64,000 bases of DNA from Diplonema japonicum (Eukaryota > Protista > Euglenozoa: Diplonemea). Location: contig OZ025711.1 in NCBI GenBank assembly GCA_964019335.1, positions 434,001-498,000 on the forward strand, given 5' to 3'. Of this stretch, positions 22,941-34,000 are shown piece after piece. A model generated the notes under the pieces. That model was not told where the DNA came from, searched no databases, and saw only the letters and a program-made list of their open reading frames with translations. Within the stretch, counting starts at the first letter, position 1, and each line of letters begins with the position of its first letter. Position numbers and translations under genes: made by a program.

Positions 22941-24660
22941 TACTTACACACACACACCCTGAAGAGAAAATAGTGAACGGAATGAGGAGGGGGGGGGGGG
23001 GGGGGGGGGGAGGTGAAAAAAGAAATGAAGGCGGTTCGAGATTTTTTTTCTCCCCCGTGTAGTGTTTTTTTTTTTGCCCTCGCCGCGTTCTATCGCTTCT
23101 TTGGGGGGGGGGGGGGGGTTCTTCTTTTTTTTGTTTCGTCCCCTTCCTCCAAGTAAAAAAAAGAAAGAAAAAAGTACCTACTTTAGTAGTACGTAGAATG
23201 TATTCTGGGCGTGGAAGGATGGTACAACTGAAACAAAAAAGCCCCACCCGACGGATTATACCCCCCCCCCCCCCGCCCTTCAACTTTTTTTTGAATAGAA
23301 AAGATAATACAGGAACTGAAACAGAAAATATAAATAAGTTTTTTTTTTTTTTTTTTAAATCCTCTCCCTCTTTTTTTTTTGTATCTTTCTTTTCTTCTCC
23401 CTTCACCCCCCTTTCTTTTCACTTCTTATGTATATATGAGTCTATCGGGGAAAAAAAAAAAAAAAATGTCAACAAATGACCCTCTTTTGCAACGGAAAAC
23501 CCTCGGAAAAATTTCTAAGTACAAAAGTAGTCCGACACCACCAGTTTTTCGCTTCCCAAGGGCAGCCGGTTGCAAAGCCTGCCACCCTCATGGCAAAACA
23601 AGCGTCGCAATTGAAAGAACGCAACAGGTACACCACATATGTCAAAAAAAGTGTTGGCATTTTTTTTTTTTTTTTTTTTTTTTTTTCCCGGACGAGCTCA
23701 TATATTTATATTCTTTTTAAAAGACTCAGAATCCACGGGAGGGGGCTCTTGTACCAACAGACGAAAAAAGAATTGCCCCGTATTACAGTAGTTGTGTGTG
23801 TGTGTGTGCAGACTCCCCCATTTTTTTTTTTTTTTGGTCCCTTAAGGGGTCACGTTGCCGTATCCTAAGTCTTAAGTTCTCAGAAGTAAGAAAATAGAGG
23901 GAAGATTGAGGAAAAAAAAGGAATAAAGGGAGTGAGGAGAAGAAGAAGAAAGGATAGGAAAGGGGGGCGGGGGAACGAAACTTGAAGAGGAATCGACAAA
24001 GGGCGCAGTAGAGAAGGGGGGAAAATGGGAAAGAGAGCGGCAAGAGGAAAAACTGGGGAAAGCATTTGCTATAAAAAAAAAAAAAAGAAATCCCCCCCAT
24101 CCACCCTTTGTTTTCTTCTTCCTATAAAAATAAAAGAGTTGTTTCTTTCTTGCTCCCTCAAGGTTCGTGCCTGAATGGAATGGGAGAAAAAAAAAGGGGG
24201 GGGGGAGGGGACTCACCCTCCCGGCAAGCAACAAGTGTAAGGCAGTTCAGAAATAGTCACTGACACATAGCCAAGGCTATGCACCCCTCCCCTGTTCAGG
24301 CTCAGGAGGGGCAGGTGAGAAAGGAAAAAAGAGAAGGAAAAAAAAGAGGAGGGAGGGGGGCATTGATCATCTGGTTGTTTTTCTCTTTTTTTTCTTTTTT
24401 TTCTTCTTCTTTCAGGGAAGAAAAAAAAAATCCCGCTGTAGAATCACTTAACAGATAGGACTGCGGCGTAATATAATTATGTCTCTTTTCTAAAAAACTT
24501 TAAAAAAAAAGGGGGGGGTGAAGATAAAGGGGGGATGCGTGTAACTTCGCCTCGATTCTTCTTCTTCTTTTTTTTTTTTTTTTTTCCATTCCTTTCTTCT
24601 TCTTCTTTTTCTCCTTCACTCCACTGGGTTGTATTTATGCTTTGACACGTCGATGGATCT

Positions 24661-24699
<39 letters not shown>

Positions 24700-24786
24700 T
24701 ATCAAAGTGACATTAAAAAAAAAAAAATAATAATAATTACGAAGAAGGGAGAGGGGGGGGAGAGTCAATATATTCATAACCGCCCT

Positions 24787-25531
24787 TTACCTGTCACTCA
24801 TATACAGTTTGTTGGATAGTTGGTTTGTGATTTCGAAGTGGTTTTTCTTCAGCGCGAGGATGATGGCCGTGTGACCATCATTGTTGACAACGTCAATCGT
24901 GGCCTCTTTCTTAAGAAGAATCTCAACCACCTCTTCATAACCGCCGTTTGCGGCTATCATCAGTGCGGTGGAACCCTTTTGATTTTTCGCGTCAATCTGT
25001 GCCCCATGATCAAGAAGCACTTCACATGCATCAGCGTGGCCCTCGGCAGAAGCCATCATCAAAGCAGTTGTACCAAATGGCGCCTTGTGGTCAACATCGG
25101 CACCGTGAGTAAGCAGCAACCTTAGTATCTCAATATGACCTTCTTCTGCTGTAACCAAAAGAGCAGCGGATTCTATGGGATTTTTTTTTTTTTTTTTTTT
25201 TTCCAAATAACAAACCCAATGTAGTGTCGTCGGTGCGTTCCTTTCTGTCTCGTAGCATTGTGCGGACCACCTCGGTGTGGCAGAGCTTAGCTGCGATCAT
25301 CAAAGGTGTCTCGTCGTGGCCTCCGAAGTTTATTTTGTCGCCGCATCGTGCTTCATGTTTTAAAAGCAGCTCCACCACCTCCTCATTTCCCGCTCTTGCG
25401 GCCACGTAAAGTGCGTTTATGCTGGACCTATCCTTGTTGCAACGCAGGTTGGGGTCGGCTCCCGCTGCTAGGTAATCCCTTACAACGTCAATGTCTCCGT
25501 TCTCCGCAGCATCGAGGAACATCTCACACGC

Positions 25532-25597
<66 letters not shown>

Positions 25598-27144
25598 ATA
25601 TGTATACCTCTTCTCATTCTTTGCTCCCTGAAATCGTCTTCCATCGTTGCAGACAAGATTTTATGAAGCACTCCGCTTCCCGACAGCCGATCTTCCGGGT
25701 TCAACGCAAGCATGTTAGCAACAAGCGAACCTACAAATTCAGAATACCCTTTAATTTCAAGTCCAAGCCGGATACGCGACTGTTCAGCCTCCTCGTCCAA
25801 AGCTATCTCCACACCAAGGTTCGAGACGGGCTCGTGGGGACGCTTCAACGGAACACCGCACATTTCCAACACGGTGACACCGACACCCCAAATATCTACT
25901 TTTCCAGACTGCGCAACCTTTCCTTTGAACACTTCTGGGGACATGTAATAAGGTGTTCCAGTTGCTTGAGTTTGCCTAACGGAACAGGACGATGAGTCTC
26001 CCACAAGCTTGAAATTCTTGGCAAGCCCGAAATCGCCTATTTTTAACGCGCCGGATTTTGTGAAGAAAATGTTCGCGGGTTTCAGATCGCGGTGGAAGAT
26101 TCCTTTCGCGTGGAGGTATTCCAATGCTTCACAAAGCTGTTGAATTATAGGAAGAAGCGTTGAGTCATCATATCGCGACTTCCCTGACAGGATGTACGTC
26201 TGTAAGGTCCCGAAGCTGCATAGTTCCATGACCACGCAGAAATATTGATCGCCCTCACATTCCACGGTGTATGACTTGTGATATTGAACTACACCAGGGT
26301 GCTTTGCAGCTTTGAGCATTTCAACTTCTGATAGAGCATCGTTGAGCTGTTCCTCGTCTTGACACACAATTTGTTTTATTGCATAGTGTGTGTTTGTGTT
26401 TGGGTCGTTGACTTTGAATACCTTCCCGAAGGCGCCCTTCCCCAGGACAGAGAGGACGTCGTAGCCGTCTAGCTTTGCGATTCGTGTTTTTTCTTCGGGG
26501 AAGTTGGCCCCGTTGTCTTCGAGGACCTTGGCGATGTCGAATCGTTGTTTTTGAACTGCGATTTGAAGCGCCATCCATCCGTCTTTATCGAGGACATCTA
26601 CGTTGGCTCCATGTCTTAAGAAGAGTTCGATGTACGTTAGGCGGCCGTGGTGTACCGCGTCCAGCAGCAGCCAACCGATGTCATGTGTTTTTTCATTAAC
26701 ATTCGCACCGTACTCCAGCAGGATCCGGACGATTTCACGGTAGTCTGCTAGATACGCAAGAACAAGCAAAGGTTCACCTGTGGAATGTTTATCTGTGATG
26801 TCTGCACCACGGGACAGTAATTTGCAAGCGAGATCTGAGAATCCAAATGAACAAGCGAGGACCAATGGTGTGCAGCCGTCACGGTTCTTGGCGTGGATGT
26901 TTGCACCGTGGTCCAGGAGGATTGCCACAGCCTCGTGTTTCCCGCTCAAGGTGGCCGCGTGAATCGGGCAGATCTGAGTTGCCCTCGATCTGCAGTCCGC
27001 GTCCACGCCGCTCTCCAGCTGTCTCGTCAGCTCTTTCACGTCGCCTTGCTTCGCTGCCGCGATTAACTGCTCGTTGCCTATCATCGTCTCGTCATCGAGC
27101 GTTGTTTGCGATGCCGCACAGCATATAAGTCTGACTAGTTTCAT
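24787..27144 (-). CDS. Ankyrin repeats - Ser/Thr kinase (NEK-like) - ankyrin repeats, 3 exons
   Basis: GKGAFG, AIK, HRDLKPANI, DFG, GTPYYMSPE. Introns 25531-25607 and 25173-25215 (both phase 1) join the three track ORFs (RMRR|ACEMFLDAA; DDTTL|ESAALLV). Confidence 0.9.
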
Positions 27145-27302
27145 CGGCTATTCATCGTACCATGGAAGGTTGAAGGGTATATATATATATATATTTTTTT
27201 TTTTTTCCTTTTTTTTTCCCCGGCTGGTTTTTTTTTTTTTTTTTTTTTTTTGTTTCGTTTTGTTTTTTTTAAAAGGAACAAAAATGAAGAAAAAAAAAGA
27301 AG

Positions 27303-27339
<37 letters not shown>

Positions 27340-27517
27340 GGGGAGAACAAAACAAAAAAAAAAAAAAAGTACAGAAATTTTTGTTCAAGAAAAAAAAAGA
27401 AGACAAAACATAAACAGGAAAAAAAAAAAAAAAAAAAAAGAAATCCGATCAAAACAAACATTTGTACAATAAAAAAAAAAGCAAAAAAGAGAGGCACGAG
27501 AGGCGGGCAGGGGGGAA

Positions 27518-28987
27518 TCAATACGATCGTGTGACGCTGCGGTAGGACCGTCCCTGCCTCCGTCCGGTCTCAACAACCGCGGTGTGGAATTCAACCTGGA
27601 TGGAAGGGACACGTGGAGAGTTGACGGAGACCTCAAGGGTGACGAAAGAGCGGTCCCCCTCCCACGGCTCGTACTCATGCCGAAGCGTATACCCCTTCAC
27701 AAAATCTTCATCAGCACATAATGTAAAAGCCCCGGGACTCGCTGTAATAACACCCGTTGTGATACATCTAATGAGAGACTTCGTTTTTTTACAGTGAATC
27801 TCCGAAGATGCAGCCATTGACCCTGAGCATATCAAAATAGCTTCTCGTGACCCGTTATCCTTCCAATCGAAAAGCAACTCAAGCAGCCACGCAATGTCGG
27901 CTTCCCACTCGCCAACCATTTCTGAGTCCAGAAGCGGAGTATCAATGCACACCACTAGATTGCAGAGGCCACTCGTTTCAAGCACTTCCGAAAGATCGGA
28001 TTTCACACTCCGGGATAGCCCGTTCTTAGGAGAAAACTCTATTTTGTACACACCATGCATACCCATGTCTATAAAGCTTTGATGTTGGCCTTGGTACATC
28101 TCAGAGACGTTGCAATGGCTACGAGTGCGCTGCTCATCCCCCGACATTAGCATTGTGTTCGCACACCCAGCAAGGGCGGCAGCCTTGTCGGGTTTTGACC
28201 ACGACTCTCTGTACCGCACCCTGAGGGGCTCCAGGGTCAGATCCGGGTTTTTCGAGTTTTTTTGAAGATTTTTCGGTAAAGGTTGTGTTTTGCTTCCCAT
28301 GTGGACCACAATGTCCAGGCACTGCTCGTCGACCAACCTTGCTAGCTTGACCCAAGGGTTCACATCGTCGTCAGCTATACTGTCATCGTCCCCATTCACA
28401 ACCGCCACACGGAACTTATCAAAGTTCATCTTCAACGGTAGGGTTTTCACAAAAGCGGCCGCCGTTGTGTCCTTGTCGATGTTTTCCACAGAGATTTCGT
28501 ATTCCGTGTCCGGGCACAGCCCTGTGATGAGAAGCGATCTTGGTGTTTTGGCTTTTAAATGCGCGCTTTTCCGGATACACGCCACCCCAACACGTTTTGT
28601 GGTTGCCACACACGTCACGCCTGCATCGATGTCGACCTCTAACATCACAGTGACTGTGTTTTCCGTCACCTCTTGGATCACGGGGCCTGTTAGCAGGAGA
28701 GCGTCGGTGTTCTGCGGGTTGAAAATCGAGACTGTGGAATGCCTGCTCGGGATGTGCATTGCGGTCGGGTGCGCAGAGATGTTTCGTTGAGTGGGTGTGA
28801 AGGCCGTAGTGGTGGTGGTGCCCCCTCTCACCGGGGTTAGGTTCGGGTTATTCATAACCGGTACCGCTGGCGAGACGTATCCAGTCCATTTTGGCGTGCC
28901 CAGCCTGTCTTCTAGCTGGCTTACTTTTACATTGCTTTCTTCCAGCAGCCTAATGAGCTCGTCCCTTCCCAAGTCATGGAAGGTCAT
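27518..28987 (-). CDS. PhoD/purple-acid-phosphatase-like protein, probably catalytically degenerate
   Basis: GPVIQEVT...ITGLCPDTEY Fn3-like N-domain followed by a metallophosphatase-like region (DIVVHMG; LRVRYRESW); expected metal ligands are absent. Confidence 0.55.
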   Translation of the reverse strand: MTFHDLGRDELIRLLEESNVKVSQLEDRLGTPKWTGYVSPAVPVMNNPNLTPVRGGTTTTTAFTPTQRNISAHPTAMHIPSRHSTVSIFNPQNTDALLLTGPVIQEVTENTVTVMLEVDIDAGVTCVATTKRVGVACIRKSAHLKAKTPRSLLITGLCPDTEYEISVENIDKDTTAAAFVKTLPLKMNFDKFRVAVVNGDDDSIADDDVNPWVKLARLVDEQCLDIVVHMGSKTQPLPKNLQKNSKNPDLTLEPLRVRYRESWSKPDKAAALAGCANTMLMSGDEQRTRSHCNVSEMYQGQHQSFIDMGMHGVYKIEFSPKNGLSRSVKSDLSEVLETSGLCNLVVCIDTPLLDSEMVGEWEADIAWLLELLFDWKDNGSREAILICSGSMAASSEIHCKKTKSLIRCITTGVITASPGAFTLCADEDFVKGYTLRHEYEPWEGDRSFVTLEVSVNSPRVPSIQVEFHTAVVETGRRQGRSYRSVTRSY

Positions 28988-29105
28988 GTGTATTGTGGTC
29001 CCTGTTATGGTGTTTGTGTTGTGAAGGTGGGGGGGGGGGGGGGGGGGGGGGGGGGGTTCATAATTGAGACCACTTATCCTTCATTTTTTTTTTATGATAT
29101 TGTTC

Positions 29106-29531
29106 TTATGCGGACACAACGCAGGCGCCACCGGCCTCCTTCAGCTTCTTCTCGGCGATGCGGGAGATGAACCTGGCCTTGACGATGATGGGGCGGGACA
29201 CGAAACCCTTGCCCAACAGCTTGAACACACCCTTGTTGGTGAGGTCCACAACAGGGACCTTGGTGGAGGCAGCGTCAGCCTCAGGGATCATGTTGGTGAG
29301 CTGCGACACGTTGCAGGTGGGCTTGTGCACGGGGTTCCTCTTGAAGTGGAAGTGCCTCATACCAACCTTACCGAAGTACCCCGGGTGGTACTTGTCAAAC
29401 CAGATGCGGTGGTGGTGCTGACCACCGGCGTTACCACGGCCGGAGGGATGCTTCCTGTGCTTACCAACACGACCGTGACCCGCGCTCACGTGTCCCCTCT
29501 TCTTACGGTTCTTGCGAAGGGCGGTGGTCAT
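29106..29531 (-). CDS. RPL27A: 60S ribosomal protein L27a (uL15), copy 1
   Basis: [31 protein letters not shown]...[14 protein letters not shown] signature. Confidence 0.98.
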   Translation of the reverse strand: MTTALRKNRKKRGHVSAGHGRVGKHRKHPSGRGNAGGQHHHRIWFDKYHPGYFGKVGMRHFHFKRNPVHKPTCNVSQLTNMIPEADAASTKVPVVDLTNKGVFKLLGKGFVSRPIIVKARFISRIAEKKLKEAGGACVVSA

Positions 29532-29790
29532 TTTTGAATTCCTGGTGTGGTTTTACTTTTTTTTATTACCCCCTTTTTTTTTTCAAAGATTCGCCTCCAT
29601 CAGATCCAAAACACTTACTTTCAAGAAAGAAGGGAGAAAAAAAAGGTGGGGGGGGGACTGATTTGTCTTTCTGGAAGCAGCTCGCCAACACTTTACGGAA
29701 AAACTGAAAAGAAAAAGAAAAATATGAAAGGAGGTGATGATGGTTGCTCTGTGCAGGGGGGCATAAGAAGAAACACACACGGTTGGGTTC

Positions 29791-30216
29791 TTATGCGGAC
29801 ACAACGCAGGCGCCACCGGCCTCCTTCAGCTTCTTCTCGGCGATGCGGGAGATGAACCTGGCCTTGACGATGATGGGGCGGGACACGAAACCCTTGCCCA
29901 ACAGCTTGAACACACCCTTGTTGGTGAGGTCCACAACAGGGACCTTGGTGGAGGCAGCGTCAGCCTCAGGGATCATGTTGGTGAGCTGCGACACGTTGCA
30001 GGTGGGCTTGTGCACGGGGTTCCTCTTGAAGTGGAAGTGCCTCATACCAACCTTACCGAAGTACCCCGGGTGGTACTTGTCAAACCAGATGCGGTGGTGG
30101 TGCTGACCACCGGCGTTACCACGGCCGGAGGGATGCTTCCTGTGCTTACCAACACGACCGTGACCCGCGCTCACGTGTCCCCTCTTCTTACGGTTCTTGC
30201 GAAGGGCGGTGGTCAT
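29791..30216 (-). CDS. RPL27A: 60S ribosomal protein L27a (uL15), copy 2
   Basis: Coding sequence appears identical to 29106..29531; ATG at 30216. Confidence 0.98.
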   Translation of the reverse strand: MTTALRKNRKKRGHVSAGHGRVGKHRKHPSGRGNAGGQHHHRIWFDKYHPGYFGKVGMRHFHFKRNPVHKPTCNVSQLTNMIPEADAASTKVPVVDLTNKGVFKLLGKGFVSRPIIVKARFISRIAEKKLKEAGGACVVSA

Positions 30217-31028
30217 TTTTTCTTGAATTCTTGATGTGGAATAAAATGTAAAGAGGAAATTCAAAAAAAAAAAAAAATCAAGAGGAAGCAGAAGAAAAAA
30301 AAAAAAGAAAAATCACGGAAGGGCGAACAGAGGTCAGAGAAGAAAAAGGGTGGTTGGTATTTGGTGGTGGTGACAACCAGGGTTACAAGTGAGAGAGAAG
30401 CAACACGTCGGGCAGAAAGGGAATCAGAGAAAGAAAAAAAAAAGAATGAATGTGGGTGGAATTGTGTTTTTCTTTTTATATAAAAAAAGGGGGGTGTTGT
30501 TGTATTTGGGGAAAGAACGACGGGGGTGCAAGGCGCCTGGATTCAAAAAAAAGGGGGGGGGAGGAGAGGGGTTTCATGTTCAAATTCAATTCTCTCACTT
30601 CTCTTCCCCCCCCCCCCAAAAGAGAAAGGTTTGTCTGTTCTTTTTCTTTTTTTCTTTCTTTCTTCTATCCATTTAGTTTTCTCTTCTCCCTCCCCTCATT
30701 TTTTTTTCTCTTTTTTTTTCCTCTTCATTTTCGTCTCCCAATAACATAAAAGGAATAGGGGAGTAAAAAAAAAATCTTAAAAATTTAACAAAAAAAAAAA
30801 GGGGAGTAAAAAAAAAAAAAAAAACACTGAAAACTTTATTTTTTTCAAAAAATAAACATTAAAAAAAGAAGGGGAAAAAAAAAGGTTAGGAAGGGAAGGT
30901 TATACATCTCTCTTTTTTTTTTCATTCTCTTTTTTTTCTTTTTTTTTTTTTTACAATACACACACGAAAAAGGAAAAAAAAATTGGATTTCAAAAAAAAA
31001 AAAAATAACACACTCTTATACTACTACC

Positions 31029-31059
<31 letters not shown>

Positions 31060-31090
31060 CCTCCATCCCAAAAAAAAAAAAAAAAAAAAA

Positions 31091-34000
31091 TCAAGCCTTC
31101 ATTGCAAACCCACCAACTTTTTCAAAGAACTTCTTGGTCGCCTCCCTGACATGCTCTGAAGGGGAATTTATCAACTCCAGCATTCTTGGATAATATGACG
31201 GCAGCATGTCTGAGAACACTTCAGAAGGTAACTCAACTAAACAGCTAATTGCCTTTATTACAATCCACTGCCACCTGGGGGCTGGCCGTATAATGACATC
31301 TGAGACAAGCCGTAGCATAATGGGAAGGACAAGCTCTGCGTGCTGTGTGGCATATAACGCAGAAAGGCAGTCAAGGTGATGATTAAGCGCTTTCTCCTCA
31401 CATTTGTTCGCGAGGGGCTGTTCAAGACCGGATGGCTGGCCTTCAGGAAGCAGCGGAGAAGTATGCGTCATTTCCAAACAAGAAAGCATTGCAAGGACAG
31501 TATCCTTGTCCCACTGAACTGCCAATGTTTTGATCAGCCTAGACTGCATATCGAGTAAATCAAGCAAGGCTCTGTAATGACTTTGAACAGTAGCACTTGG
31601 TATAGGCTCCCGCCGTGTGGTAACATCATCTATTTTCTTGATCTCCTCCGCAGTTGCCTCACGCTTCCCAAGCATTTTTGCTTCAAAAACACCCACGAGT
31701 TTTGCGGTTACAACGCTCCATTCGGGGGCTGTGAAGAAATCTGATTCGAGAACTTCTTTCTCCATGCCTCGGAAGGTTTTACCTTCCTCCACCCCGTGCA
31801 CCGCACCACGCCCGCCTTCAATAGCAGTTATATCGCAATGATCAGACAGCAAGTCGATAAACGCGGTCATACCCTGCGACACAATGTTCAAAGGAACGGG
31901 TTTCTTCAAGCAGCTTAAAACAATGTTCAAAACCTCGCCGAGAAGCTGCCGCAGCGTCGGGTAGAAGGTGGCGAACAAATCGACGAGAAACGTCAGCCCT
32001 GCTTGGATCACACTGGTGTTCTTCTCCACGTCTGCTGGGTCCGACTGTTCCTGTATCACAATAGACAGGGCAAGATCGCACAATGCATTGTCGAATATTG
32101 GAAATACAGCCCCTGACAGCATGATCTTCCACATGCCAGGGGTAAATTTTGAACCGTGGGTTTTCAACACCTCGAACAATGTTGACAAAGACGCCAAACG
32201 AACGTTGAGGTCGGGGTGTTGCGATGCTCCCGTCGACAGCCCCAACACGGGGAACCACACGCGAAGCTGGGCACGGTCCTCCGGGCTTTCCATGTCCGCT
32301 TCCTTGATCTCGGTGTCTAGTTCTGAACCCACCTCGTCGGCGTACCGTTGCAAATATTTAACGGATTGATGTGCGGTTGATGGTGACAGTGTGTTGCAAG
32401 TGAATGATGTGAGGCAGTTGACCGCGTCAACAAATGCATCAGCACCGACAACAAGGCTTGACAGGTTTGTCGTAACATGGTTGACAGCCTCGAATGCGAG
32501 AACTACAATTTGTTCGTCTTTGTCGGCGGCGGCGAGAGCGAGCACCGCGAAGATTGTTTTCCAGCCGGATTTCACGTTGTCCGCCTTCCCGTGAACAATC
32601 TGCGAGATGCACCTGACAATGAGCTCCCGGATCTCGATGGACCTCGACTCCTGGAATATCGTCTCGAACGGTTTTAAAAAATCTCGTTGGAAGTGGTAGT
32701 TCGTCAGTTCCCGCTTCTCAAGAAATTTAGTCGAGAGCTGTCTCAACGAGTCTATACCGAACATTGAAACGCTGAGTTGTGGGTTCGTCCCGACACGGAC
32801 GAAATGCTTCGCCATGTGCGACCAGAGTTGGCCCCATACATATCTAATCCTCGACATGTTTACATCAGCGATCTCGATTAGCTTTTGAAGCGAAAACATT
32901 CGGGGAGGGTTTGACTGTTCAATTTCTTCTGCGGAGACCTCGCACAGGTGCTTCACGAAGAACACGATGGCTTCGCTTGACAAATCTACCGTTGAGTTGT
33001 AAATACGTGAGATTTGAACTTCATCGATGTGGTTCGCGATGAGCAAAGAATTCACTTGTTCGAAATGCCTGATTTTTTCTTTTTCTGTGTCGAGTTTTGC
33101 TTCTTGAGGAGTGGCTCTTTTGTGGTGTTTCGCGCCGCTGTTTTCGTTCAAAAACGCAAAATCTGGTTTCGCTCCGGATCCCAACAACTGCAACCGTTCC
33201 AACTGTGAAAAGCACTTTAACGCTGCGAACCATGATGATCTCAAGTATGCGCCCTCCGTCGACGCGATCTCGATGACAGCCTTTATCGATTTGATGTTCT
33301 TCTCCTCGATCTCTCTGTAATTGTTCAAAAACGTGAGCTTGCACAACGCAGAAACGAAAGCATCGCGTTCCGTATCGAGGTAGAAGATGCAGCTGATGTG
33401 GATGCCCTTGGTGAAACCTTCCAAACAGAGGTCAGTGATGCTCTGCTGATCTGTGTCGCACTGCTCCAGGATGACTGAGAACGCAGGGAGCATGGCAGTC
33501 CATGCCGATTCAAACATTGGTTTTGCGTGTTCTAATTTCGATGCTTTCATGAACGACTGTCCCTTAGTTCCGGAAATCAATGCCTTGCTCTTTTCAAGGA
33601 TCGCTCTGGACTCCTCGGCGTAGTTTAACATCCGTTTTTTCCCGTCGCTTGAGAAAACGTCGGCCATGCTGTCGAAAACACCGGTTTTTTTTGATTTCAT
33701 TGCAGCTTCCTTGGTCTGGCTTGAAGCTGGTTCCTCTCCTTCCAGTGTAAACTCTCTCGCGGTGACCCTGTCGTAGATGTCGGACAGAAACGAAGACGGG
33801 AGATCCTTCCCGCTGTCGATAGATCGATTGTTTTGTATAAAACCTTCTTTGTTCATTTTGTCCTTCTTCTCAATTCTGGTCGAGTGTGCGTCGGTGTGGA
33901 GCATAATGATCGAGAAAGATAGGACGTAGACGGTGTCGGCGTTGGGGAACGTGCTTTGATTTGCTCTTGTGTAGCATTCTGCGAATTTCTCCATGGTTGC

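Noticed and set aside
25480-25607. Poly-Lys C-terminal tails on the kinase and flippase ORFs, or retro-inserted poly(A) tails
   Set aside because: The A-runs are bounded by GT...AG, their removal restores the downstream frame, and no target-site duplications are visible.
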